A stretch of 64,000 bases of DNA, from positions 248,001 through 312,000 of the forward strand of contig QPGO01000085.1 of NCBI GenBank assembly GCA_008632985.1, given 5' to 3'. The stretch comes from Psammoneis japonica (taxonomy: Eukaryota). The notes beneath the pieces are model-generated. The model searched no databases, was not told where the DNA came from, and worked only from the letters and a program-made list of their open reading frames with translations. The position numbers were made by a program, and so were the translations under genes. Of the stretch, positions 1-11,430 are shown one piece after another. Within the stretch, counting starts at the first letter, position 1; every line of letters starts with the position of its first letter.

Positions 1-327
1 GTGACTGAAAGATTCCGCCCACTTTTGGAAGAATACTTGGATGAGCAACCCCGAGAGGGCGAAGACAAAGACTTGGTGAGCGTCCATGCTGGGCACGACC
101 ACCAATCACACGAGCAGCAACACAAGGTTGAAAACGCAGTCTTGCCAGGAGTGTTTTTCATTTATGACATTTATCCGTTTGCCGTGGAGATTTCGCCCAA
201 CTCGGTTCCCATTACACACTTGTTGATTCGACTCATGGCCACGGTGGGTGGTATCTTTGCTCTAGTGAGTTGGGTAGATCAAGTCATGTATGTGCGAGAG
301 AAGCAGCAAAATAGGCGCAAGTGGTAA
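1..327 (+). CDS. C-terminal part of ERGIC3/Erv46-like COPII vesicle protein (5' truncated by window)
   Basis: LPGVFFIYDIYPFAVEI...THLLIRLMATVGGIF matches the Erv46/ERGIC C-terminal PGVFF..Y and TM motif; basic C-terminal tail. Confidence 0.85.
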   Translation: MTERFRPLLEEYLDEQPREGEDKDLVSVHAGHDHQSHEQQHKVENAVLPGVFFIYDIYPFAVEISPNSVPITHLLIRLMATVGGIFALVSWVDQVMYVREKQQNRRKW

Positions 328-798
328 CAGGCCTCGGACTTGAACGTGCAGGATGGTTGCTATATTCTTCAAGTAGTAGGGAAATTGGTGAGAGAGCAAG
401 AATCTCACACCGATACTCTACCATACTGTTACTCTTAGCCATCTACCGAAAATTGGATCTAAAATAAGTTGCCAGCAACAATAAGGTCGTCAATCTCATG
501 CAAGCCTAGAAAATTGTCAAACCGCCCTAAACTCTCTCTGCTGTACGGCTCGTCTATCATCCGCGCGCGCCTGATCTTGTTCCTGTTCGGTCGTCTACAA
601 GTATCACAGCCGTCTGAATATAAATATTTTCATTATTGCACACTTTCGATTATTGGTATCTGCCCGACAGCTTGGAAATCTTTTGCCATTCGATCTTCAT
701 CTGCCCATGACAAGACGGTGAGATTCTTGTACGTAGGTACCGCAGCCTGTCCTTTCAGTTTGATGCCCGATACACCTCCAAACAAAAAAGCCAGGACA

Positions 799-1989
799 AT
801 GGGACAAGACTACTATGAAATCCTAGGCGTCTCCAAAGATGCAACGGAGGACGAGCTCAAGAAGGCCTACAAAAAGATGGCCGTCAAATGGTATGTCCTT
901 TTTTGTTGTCGTTGCGTTCCTCTCACCGGTAGGCAAAAAACTCAGTGCTTGCAAGTTGAAAGTTGGGTCTGACAATAATTGGTTTCGCTCTGTCAAACAA
1001 GGCACCCAGACAAACACGCCTCGAAACCGGAGGCTCAGAGAAAAGAGGCAGAGGCAAAGTTTAAAGAGATGGCTGAAGCGTATGATGTGCTGAGCGATCC
1101 AGAGAAACGAGCCGTCTACGACCACTACGGCGAAGAGGGCCTAAAGGCCGGTGGACCTCCACCCCCTCCTCCCAAGCAGGATGAAGAACCGCAGCACTTT
1201 CAACCGGGAGGCGGTGGTCCGTTTGGAAGTGGATATACTGGTGGGCCTTCAGGACGGCCGACGGGTGCGGGCTACACATTCCGTGGCGACCCAAGCGAGT
1301 TTTTTGCAAGCTTTACTCGAGCTTCCAATCAGCGTCAACGATCTTATGGTGAAACTCCATTCGATGGAGCTGGGGGTCTGGAGGAGATGCTTTTTGGCGG
1401 GGGCGCTGAAGCTCGTCATGGTGGATCACAGAGGCATAGGCGCAGCAACGTGCCAGAAAGAGTTTGCAGTGTCCCTTGTACACTAGAAGACCTATACAGG
1501 GGCAGAACGAGGAAAATGAAGGTGACACGAAAGTCAATTACACCAGGAAGGCCTACAGAAAAAGTACTCGAGCTGCCCATCAAGCCCGGTCTCAAGGCAG
1601 GAACGCGCATCACATTTAGCGGAGAGGGAGACGAGATCGAAGCTGGTATCGCTGAGAATATTGTTTTTGTTTTGCGTGAGACAAAACACGATCGGTTTGT
1701 GCGCGATGGAGATGATTTACACTTTGAATGCAGAGTGTCTCTTGCGGATGCACTCTGTGGCTTTACTCGAGACATTCGGATGCTGGATGAACGGGAACGG
1801 ATCAAACGGCTAAATCAAAAGGTTCCGGTGAGCAATCTCACAACAAAGGTTCTGCAGGGTGAGGGTATGCCAATCTCAAAGCGACCAGGAGAAAAGGGTG
1901 ACATGATCATTTCTTTTGTCGTGGACTTTCCGAAGGAAGAACTTTCCGATATGCAGAAGGAGCACATTCGTGCTGCATTTCCAACCTAG
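799..1989 (+). CDS. DnaJ/Hsp40 class B (Sis1/DNAJB4-like), 2 exons (799-890, 1002-1989)
   Basis: [11 protein letters not shown]...; intron 891-1001 (GT...AG) restores W-HPD-K; G/F-rich linker; C-terminal domain CTLEDLYRG...[13 protein letters not shown]...GEGMP. Confidence 0.95.
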
Positions 1990-2660
1990 ATGTTGATTTT
2001 CCCTACGCTGCTCCTATTTCTATATCTCATGAGTAAGAAGCTCCCGACAAGTAGTACTTCCATGCTGGCATTTTGCTCATTGTAAGTGCACGTCGACGAC
2101 GGGCGGCTTTTGAAGCTTCTATCCAATCCCGAAATCTCATCATATTTCTCTTGCCGACCGTTTTAAAAGGATTTGATGCGAAGCACTTCATCCTCGCTCT
2201 ATGTATGTGTATCACGATTCCGACTTGCTCTGTGCATGAGACGCGTTGAAAATGGGCCTTCGGCAAGCGTGTTGTTCACGTTTGAGGGGGTCACGTTTGA
2301 GGGCTCCGTGTTCACACAATAATTCGAGAGATTTGGTGAGTGTCGTGCAACGTGCAATTCAACATGGCGAGCAAAGCACGGTGCAAAATACGTGAAAGTT
2401 GTCGCTACTTGGTCGTCACGAGATGGTGGTTTTGTTCGTGTTTCACGTTTTGTCGAAACTTTGAGAGTAGGGTTCTTCATATAGCGAGAATATGACAGCC
2501 CCAGTTTTTGTACCTGATGCTGATATAATGACTCGTTACTGATTATGTCTTACGAGCTCCTTTACTTTTCCCTCCTATCCCACAAGGATATTTTGCAGGT
2601 GCCTTTGCGATACCTGCATTGTACCGAGAGAAGCAACGTGGTTGGCTTCAAGAGGCGAGC

Positions 2661-3551
2661 ATGATGGAAGACTCCGAAGATTCGTCTGACGCCGACCGAC
2701 GATTGCCGGCTCCTATCATCATTAACTCACGAAATGTTCACTTCATTCTGTCGACAATGCGACAGTATGAGCCCGAATATATTGTTCAGGAACACGGCTG
2801 TGTCGCCCTGACGAATCTGGCAAATCGTAACTTCAACAACAAGATAAGAATTGCCAGACATGGCGGCATTGATGTGATACTGTCAGCCATGCGACGGCAT
2901 TTGTTTTGCGCCACCGTACAAGAACACGGATGTACCGCGCTTTGGTGGTTGGCCATGGCGGATGTGAACGGAAGTTCGATTGCCAGGAACGGTGGAATTG
3001 ATGTGATTCTATCGGTCATGCGACAGCATTCGACTCAATACGCTGTACAAGAGCGAGGTTGTGGTGCGCTGTGTACTTTGGCAGGTAGCATGAGAAATCA
3101 AGATTGGGATTCGACTTCCAAAACTGGTGTGATTGATGCGGTTTTGTCGGCCATGAGACAGCATTCCTCTGAAGCCGCGATACAAGAAACAGCTTGTAGA
3201 GCGATAAGCAAGATTGCACGTCGGGACACCAAAAGCAAACTTCTGATTACCAAAAGGGGTGGCATACATTTAGTATTGTCATCTATGCAACGGCATTCAT
3301 CTGATCCTGGCGTGCAACGGTGTGGTTGCCACGCACTGCTGCAGTTTGCTTATCAGAACGATGACAACAAGATTGTTATTGAAGAAAATGGCGGGATAGA
3401 AGTGATTCGATCTGCCATGCAGGAGCGCTCAACCAACGCCCGCATTCGAAAATATGGTGGATATTTGCTTTCAAAGCTCTTGAGACTACGCAACCGCTCC
3501 TGGGAGGTGTCATCTACAGACGCGGTTTGTGCCTCTTGTACTGTATCTTGA
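2661..3551 (+). CDS. Armadillo-repeat protein
   Basis: About six ~43-aa repeats of the form GGIDVILSAMRRH...VQEHGCxAL; first ATG at 2661. Confidence 0.85.
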   Translation: MMEDSEDSSDADRRLPAPIIINSRNVHFILSTMRQYEPEYIVQEHGCVALTNLANRNFNNKIRIARHGGIDVILSAMRRHLFCATVQEHGCTALWWLAMADVNGSSIARNGGIDVILSVMRQHSTQYAVQERGCGALCTLAGSMRNQDWDSTSKTGVIDAVLSAMRQHSSEAAIQETACRAISKIARRDTKSKLLITKRGGIHLVLSSMQRHSSDPGVQRCGCHALLQFAYQNDDNKIVIEENGGIEVIRSAMQERSTNARIRKYGGYLLSKLLRLRNRSWEVSSTDAVCASCTVS

Positions 3552-3791
3552 AGAAGTGAGAGGGGTATAATCTTCTCATGTTTTTTCCATAAGTTTAGGG
3601 CCTAGTTTACGTCATAGCGAGTGAGACGTTGTCCATGCAAAGTGAATTGAGTAGTGAGGGAACATTTCAAAGTCGACCACATGGTTTTGGGCGCCTTCAT
3701 CTAATGACGAAAAGGTCATGGACTCCCCAAAATTTTCTAGCCGCAAAAAGTAGCAGGTATGAATTTGAAGTAGCCGTGGAACGCTCTAACT

Positions 3792-5843
3792 CTAGATACT
3801 ACTAGACCTGAGCGCCGCTTCAAGAGCATCTGAAGCCACAGTCTGCTCCCATAAGGTTAGCTCAGCCATTATGAGAGGTCGCCCCTCGGCAAAGTTGGCA
3901 CAGAATGGTAAGAGCTCCGTCAGCATGGCTGTTCGGTTCCAGTCTGCAGCATTCTTTAGCGCGGCAAGAATGTATTCATGCGTAAAGTTGTGTCCTCCGT
4001 TTATTCTCGGCGCCAAGTACGAAGCAATCTTGGGTTGGTCAAAATCTACATTGACCTGTTACATACGAGAAAGAGAAGTGTGGGTTTTCAAGATGAGAAT
4101 TGACGCACAGTTTGCATCGACAAAAAAGTCTACCGATGACAGCGGCTACTCCCACTCACATGAGCAACGATGCTTCCAAAGTCCTCCGGACTCAAGGAAG
4201 CAAACACAGAAGACCACATTGGATCTTGTAGTCTGTTTGAAATGATATCAAAGTCATTCACGGATGCCAGCATTTCTTCCAACAGCGCCTGTACTGTTGG
4301 CGACACTACTGGAGGGGGGACAGGAACGAGTCCGCTATAGTCGCCAGTACCAGGAACATCACTCTCGCCACTGTCCGCCGTAGACACGCCTCCAACAATA
4401 ATGTTATCCGCTGGGATTTCAACAACTGGAGCCCACGTAACCTGCGAGTCATCCCCCACTAGAGACACGGCATGCGCAACAGGAACACCATCGTCATCAA
4501 TCGGCGCTGGTAAAGGGATAACATCTGCAGCAAAAGGAGCTTCTGAACTAGTCTCCAATGGTGGATATCCAATTTTGAGTGGAATGCTGACCGTGGGGTC
4601 CGAGTGAATACTCTTTGTGTGATACGTAATTTGCAATTGATGGGAGACGGCAATAATATGACCGCCATCGTAAGTATCTCGAGCTGTCTGAAAGCAACGA
4701 CATCAAAGCAGGAGCATAAGTGATAACACACCTCAATTAAAACTCCACCCTCCGTGTACTTACTTTTGGGATCAAAATGTTGACTTTGAATAGCTCGGAC
4801 AGGAGATCATTGTAAATATTTCGATAATCTTCCTCTAATGTTTCAGCAACTTGCTGAGCTTTGGACTTTTGTTTCTTTTTCACTCCAAGCTCTGGAATGT
4901 GCTTCTCGACCAAGATATCATTGGATTCACAACAAGAAGGAGTCCCACAATAGGTGATACGAACCGTCTCGATCAGCTTGATGACAACTTCCTTGATGCT
5001 GACAGTCGATTTGTTGCGCGTTGCAAAACAAACGTCCAATGTTTCGCCTCGTCCAATGTGAGTATTCTTGACACTGACGCCGAGGAGGAGATTTCCTTTG
5101 TTCAACAATCCACCCATGGATTTAATTTTGTGAGCCGTGGGATTCAAAAAACACGGCACCATTGTGTCAGGCGAGGGTTTTGCCGCCACGAGCAAGGATC
5201 GCTCTGTTTCCAAGATTGGTCTCGTGACGCGTTCCTTGGATATCGTTGCCATTAGTTTGTACTTGATATGACACACGTTGGATCGTTCTCTCCACATCAT
5301 GGTTGTGGGAAGGACCTCGGGTAGCACAAAGGAGAAGCGATAATGATAGACACCGGGAGCAATTGTTGTACCTGGCGAGTTTGTGTAGACCACCATTTTG
5401 AATCGGACCAAGTCTCGGTGGGCACGTACACTGCAACAGCGCGACAAAGAATAATGTGAGCAACGTCCCACCCCTGTAGATAGTTTGTTCAATCCTTACA
5501 CAAAAATCTGCTACTCACTAGTTGTTCTGAGTGTACTTGAAACGTCCCTTTTCTTGACCAATAATGTGAAGGTGTACCAATGATACTTTCTTCAATGGCT
5601 TTTGGGCTTGCAACGTAATTTTTCCAGTGACCGTGTCTCCGGCTCGTGTCGCGTAGAGTACTAAACAAGAAAAGAAGAAAAAGATTGACAAAACGAACAA
5701 AACAGTTGAGTGAGAATGATTGTGAGAATTGACTCGGATCAAAAGGTGGTCGTCAGCGCCGAAATTGCAACCAAGCCACAAAACACACCGTCACTGTTAT
5801 CGCTGTCGAGACTAATGCTCAGAGTTGCCCCAATGTTTCCCAT
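3792..5843 (-). CDS. Arrestin-domain protein, multi-exon
   Basis: Starts MGNIGATLSISLD; exon ORFs contain AGDTVTGKITL, PGVYHYRFSFVLPEVLPTT, IKYKLMA, NKSTVSIKEVVIKLIE (arrestin N/C-like); exon boundaries approximate. Confidence 0.7.
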
Positions 5844-6114
5844 TCTATCTAACTTGTCGATGCAGCGATCTCCATCAAGTGGGAATCAAAAACACGCACT
5901 CTTGTGCTGAACAAACTGAAAACGGGGCAAAAAGCTGGAAAGCAGCAATAAGAACCGCCAAAAAGGTCGCGGCCAGCGTTTTTTTGTTCGTGCCACGATT
6001 CAAACTTCGTGAGTGGGCGAGTGTGCTTTTAAAAGGAATCCGGAATGTTTTGTTGGAGAGATTCCTAAACCCGGCGGCATCTCCCCATTCTTTTATTTCT
6101 TCAGACCATGAACC

Positions 6115-8227
6115 ATGAGCGCCTCAACAGCGGCGGCGGCGCTCAAGGACGACCAGAGCAGTATAGACAAAGAAGAAGAAGATGAAGAATACGACCATGC
6201 CTCTTGGACTCGTTCCATAGCACCCTCTCATATACTGCAAGATGGTCGATTCATTCACTTACCTCCTCCGTCTGACGCCGAACGAGGTCAATTCCTCTCG
6301 AGATCGATTGCCAATTACGGACTGCTCAGCGGTGAAAAGACAGAGGGTAAAGATGAAAAAGAAGAGGAACAAGAAGAGAAAACGGAAAAAGAGGACACAT
6401 CCCTCAAAGTTCATCCCCTGGCGGTAGCATCGGCGCGATTGAATGCAAAAGGCATTGAAGAGCTTAGCAAGGCCATCAACTTGTCGGGACTTGTATCGCA
6501 AGGAGAGTACTTTAGTCTTTCGAATATAGTCGATCCAAACTTGGAACTTGTTAGTGACAAAAAGAAGGATGGCACTACGAAAGAAGCCGCTCCCGCTTCG
6601 TCCGCCTCAGATATGAGACTCCGATCGTCCTTTGTTGGCAAGCGCAAACGAGCTCAATTTGTGTCGGCAAGTGATTTTACAAAACGACAATCGCAACGAT
6701 TGGCAAGCGCCGTGGTGGCTCAAAAAGTCATGGATGAACGGCTGATTCAATTGCGCAAACGTTGGAGATTGGTGGCTCCCGAACACGGAACGCGTGCCAA
6801 ACCGCACCCGGTTCGTCCGACTGAAGTAGTAGCTATGGATGTTCATGTTTACAATCGGGATCGGACCGGCGGAGGAAACCTTGCTCTTCTTGCGAATAGT
6901 TCTAGTAGTAGTCAACAGGGAGCGTCACTAGGACGGATTGCTCGACGGGTACCGAGGTACGCAACAGTAGAATTACAAGATTCCTATCAAGTAGCGGATC
7001 ATGCCAAGGCTTGGAAGGACGTGGCCTTGCAGGACGATTCGGGTGACAATGTAACCATGTCGGACGCAGAACCAAAAGCAACAATAGAACAAGACGCGGG
7101 CATTCAAACCCGATGCGAACCGTTTGCAGTCGCCGATCCAACGCTCGGAAAGATCAATGTGGATTTCGATCCGGACAAGGTTCCCATGTTGACCTTGGAA
7201 CTCACCATTGCCAAGGCGTCTACAGGATTTCAGCAGAGCGCTTGTTTACCACCACTTGTCGGAGACGCACCAGAGCAAGACGAACAAGTAGTCGTGGCTC
7301 TACAGCATTCTCTCTTTTGTGCTTCACTCTTTGAAGCCATTCGGCCGGAACTGGACGATCCACAGCACGTTTGGTTATCGTCTCAGGGAGAGGAAACCTT
7401 TTTGCCACCTCCAAAGCAAATGGCGGGTTCTGTTTTCGATGGGGCTGTGGCGTCTCTCTGTGTAATACATTGTCACGAAGGAGAAGTTAAAGTGCAACTC
7501 GATTCGGAATATGTCTTGACTGTCAAGCTTGTGGAAGCAGGAACTGCCGTGGGTGAACACAAGACTAGCAGCGACGATGATGCAATGCAAGTGGAAGACG
7601 TTACTCCGACACAAAACGCACAAGACAGTGGCAGCTTGTCTCCAGAGCAACTCTTGGTGTTGTGCCGTGCCCTCTTGTTGCACATTCAAGACGTTTACCA
7701 CAAGCACTCTGTCGAGGTGGGGCGAAAGGCGAGGTTGCAAGACGAAAAAAAGGCTCCCACCGGTCTGGCACGAACCAACAAGCAGGACGAGGTGCCACCA
7801 CCGCTCATTTTGCAAAACTGTGTCGGCCTTGGCGCTAAATTGCTCTTTGAAGGCAAGATTCGAAGAGCGCTCAAGGTAAGGAACGAACGTGGATTGTACT
7901 TTCTTGGATGGATGCTGTGTTCACTCAGTGACGCCTTTTCGCTTTCATGCATGCGATCCACAGCGAATTGTCAATTGGCTCAAGAGCGACATGAACACAA
8001 ACGAAGAATTAAAAGCGGTATGGCTGCCTCTCTCTGTCTTTGACGCAAAATCTCATTTTGCTCTGTCGTTCAAAGACTTTTTGGTGGACGTGAGCATTGA
8101 TCGTGACGGAATGCACGTCAGTTCCTGTAAGCACGATGAATACAAGAGTGTTGTGTTCAATTCCGATGTAGAGTTCGAAATCTTTTGCAAGTTTGAAATT
8201 CGAAAGCGCATCGGACAAAAGGTATAG
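6115..8227 (+). CDS. Conserved protein, possibly Mediator subunit 17-like; intron ~7876-7963
   Basis: Long ORF joined through AAG|GTAAG...ACAG to the 7889-8227 frame; helical segments (EELSKAINL..., RLIQLRKRWRL) only loosely recall Med17. Confidence 0.5.
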
Positions 8228-8334
8228 CAAAAGTATTGTTTAACTTTATTGTTGCGTCGCTCATGCACATAGTGTTTGCATCAAACGAAAACACAAAGAA
8301 TTACAAAATGAATTTATGTTGCACCACTTTCGTA

Positions 8335-8957
8335 CTACCACAGTCCCAAATCCTCCCCGGCCTCTTCCTTTCGTTGGAACTGCAACCTTTCTTTGAACTT
8401 TCTCCTTTCCTCCATATCGTGCTCCTGCTTCACGTCACTAGCGAATAAGTTGGCCTCCTTGAGGTAATCAACTCTGATAAGAAGCGGTGGATGAGTTGCC
8501 GCTCATAGCCATACAAAATAAAACAGCCAAGGCTGATTTCTTTTTCTCACCTATGTTTCAGCTCAATTTGCATTCGCAGGATCTCTGCAACGTCGATACG
8601 GTCCTGCATTTCTTTGTTGCAGTCGTCTTCTTCTTTTTCATAATTGCAGCCGACGAACTCCTCTAACTCTATTTCGGTGTTGACAAATCCGTCCAAAAAC
8701 ACAAACAGATGAGAGAATGAATCTTATATCACCATTTAAGCTTTCGGCATAACTGACTCACCAGTTGCGAGCTTTTCGAGCTCATCAATGTCACATTTGT
8801 TGTTACCCTCAGCACATTGTACGGCGCGATAAAACGTGTCCGGTGAAACGAACAGCGCAGATGCAGATCTTCCTCCTCGTCGCACAAACGCTGATGTCCC
8901 AAACGCAGCAGCGCTGCTGCTTAACGTGAAAAGGACTACGGTCGTAAGGAACTTCAT
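8335..8957 (-). CDS. Small putative plastid-targeted protein, 3 exons
   Basis: MKFLTTVVLFTLSSSAAAF: signal peptide plus ASAFAP-like motif; GT-AG introns; last exon ends ...EDLGLW*. Confidence 0.7.
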
Positions 8958-9316
8958 AGTGAGAGTGTCAAGGTCAATGTTCAATGACATGCAGCAAGTG
9001 ATCGACACTTCGGTGACATCGTTGTTCCCCGCAGATTGCAGATCTTGTGGTCACGAGCCACGTCCGTAGCTTCCTACGTAGACTTAAGTACGTAGAGTAG
9101 TGTTGTACATAGAGATGATACTACAACCGCCACCACGAATCAGTCAAGACTGAAACCTTCACATAATCAGGCCGCACTCCGCCGAAAAATGATTTTCACG
9201 TCACACTGCACACTACTGGCTAGAGTACAAGATGATTCTTGATATAATCTCTGGGGCAACAACGCGGGTTTCATCATCCGCGTAACAACTTCCCGTTCTT
9301 TTAACAACGTCCGAAA

Positions 9317-10504
9317 ATGAGGATTCTTCCCAAAATTGTCGCGTGGGTCTCGGTTCTAGCAATTTCGGCATCGTCCGTCGCTGCGAGGGACATTGACGTT
9401 TGCCAAGGTGGTTGCCGAAGCGATGCGGATTGTAAAGAGGGTCTCACTTGCTACAGTCGCACTGAGCATAAGGGAAAGCCTCGAGAATGTGGTTGGAAAG
9501 GCAAGTCTCCTTGGCGCTACTGCTACTACCCAGATGAGTCCGGTACCCCACTTGCAACAACGGTGAAAAAGATCAGGCATGTGGGAACCACCCGTGCGTA
9601 CGTCAAGGACGAAGCCGTCTACAATGCAAAAATCAAGGTACCTGATCGAGCGAAACCGGGAGACCTACTCATTTTGGTTCTCCATCGTACAGACTCGTAC
9701 TTACCCATGGGAATTAATGGAAATCACAACAGTGGCTGGACACGCGCCGGCGAATGTTTCAAAGAAAGAAATGGTAGCGACTGTTCCACGTACATGGACT
9801 GCGAGCTTTGCGGTTATGGAGACTACCTTGAAGGGACGAATAATATTTTTTGCAGAGAATTCTTGAAGAATGGGCAGTTCGGACGAAAGACGGCAGGCGA
9901 TGGCAGAGATCTAGCTACCGCGATATTCTACAAAGAGGCTGGAATCGAGGAGCTGTCTGGCGAGAGGACCCTAGAATTCAATTTGAGCCCGTTTGGAGAT
10001 AGAACGAAACCGGCATGGATGTTTCTGTCAGCAATCAGGGGAGCCCACAACATAGACCCTATCCGTGATTGGAAGGGTACTGGCAAAGACGACTCAGAAC
10101 AAAGTGTATTTCCCTCCATATACGGCAAGACGGGCGACCTACTTTTGCTCTCACAGGCATTAGACAGTGGAGCCCCTGGTATCAAAGAGGATTCTTTTCT
10201 TCCACCAAAGGGGTTTCGTGACTTCGCGTCCATGTTTGACTGTGACAATGTGAAAAGCCGAACATCGAGTGACTATGAATGCGACGAGTCAGGCTATCTG
10301 TTTGGTAAGTTACTGAAAAAGGACGGAGACACGGGTGAAATGGTGTCGGAAGGGACAGGAGGTCGACCAAAGAGTGATGCAATGATATCTATGACCATTA
10401 TTCCAAAGAAAGGTTTGAGAGATGGCATTGGTAGAGGCGCGAGCGAATTCTTGGGTACAACTGGCTGGTACTGCCCACAGGGAAGAAGCAGGCCTGAGCC
10501 GTAG
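9317..10504 (+). CDS. Secreted Cys-containing protein of unknown function
   Basis: 395-aa ORF, N-terminal signal peptide, CQGGCRSDADCKEGLTC cysteine module. Confidence 0.75.
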   Translation: MRILPKIVAWVSVLAISASSVAARDIDVCQGGCRSDADCKEGLTCYSRTEHKGKPRECGWKGKSPWRYCYYPDESGTPLATTVKKIRHVGTTRAYVKDEAVYNAKIKVPDRAKPGDLLILVLHRTDSYLPMGINGNHNSGWTRAGECFKERNGSDCSTYMDCELCGYGDYLEGTNNIFCREFLKNGQFGRKTAGDGRDLATAIFYKEAGIEELSGERTLEFNLSPFGDRTKPAWMFLSAIRGAHNIDPIRDWKGTGKDDSEQSVFPSIYGKTGDLLLLSQALDSGAPGIKEDSFLPPKGFRDFASMFDCDNVKSRTSSDYECDESGYLFGKLLKKDGDTGEMVSEGTGGRPKSDAMISMTIIPKKGLRDGIGRGASEFLGTTGWYCPQGRSRPEP

Positions 10505-11225
10505 AGGAATGACTACGGAAAACAGGGAGAATCAAGCCTCAGTGACAGCAACGTTCATTCGTACTCATTCTGTAACAACATCTCTAGAGATTGAATGAAG
10601 ATCTGGTAGCTCTACCTTAGATACCACCCTGATACCCCGTCTTCAATGGAAAATCTGCGTCGATTTCTAAATCTGCACCTCTGTTGAACGGGGATCTGAA
10701 TCTACACCCAGGAAATGACGCGGATCTCGCCTTGTTGAAAAGTCTGTTGCGGTTGTTGTCTTGCCATGCAGACTGTGATGACAGGAGGGCATGCTGGTAC
10801 ATCGTCTCGAAACGGCGCTTGCTTGTGTGTCGATTTTTTTTTTTAGCTTTGCACAAATTGCAACAGCGCCCCAGAGAGCATGGCTCAGCCCCAGCACATC
10901 TGTGTGCGATCGATGACCCGTCCTTTTCATGTCATTGCACAACTACAGACCTCCCATGTGGGGAGTTGTGTCCTTTCAAAGAAGCTGTGTTTGGTTTGCA
11001 TGTGTTACAAAAGCTGGAAGAGCAGGGGCAAGACAGGGTTCAAAACTGAAAAGTTGGATCCATCAGCAAAAATGAAAGTTGCCAATCAACAAAAGCTCTT
11101 GAGCATCATCAGGTGTGAGATGAGGAACAAGGAGGAGAGTTGAGGGCTCTCATCCAGGAGAGAAAGCCAGCAGTTGAAACAAGCCCTGCTGCACCTGGCT
11201 GGACAAGAGCTGTCCCAGCAATTGG

Positions 11226-11430
11226 TCTGAGACAGGCACTTCACTGCAGATCATGCTGGGCTGAATGCAGAAGCTGCTAAAGTCAGAGCTTGCTCATTTT
11301 TTAATGTGTTGCTTTGGCTGCCTTGAGCAAGTGATCTGAGTCAGGCACTTTACTGCAGATCACACTGGACTGACTGCAAAAGCTGCAAAAGTTAAAGCTT
11401 GCTTGTTTTTCAACTGTGTTGCTTCAGTTG
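11226..11430. repeat. Degenerate ~110-bp tandem duplication
   Basis: ctgagacaggcacttcactgcagatcatgctgg... versus ctgagtcaggcactttactgcagatcacactgg... Confidence 0.8.
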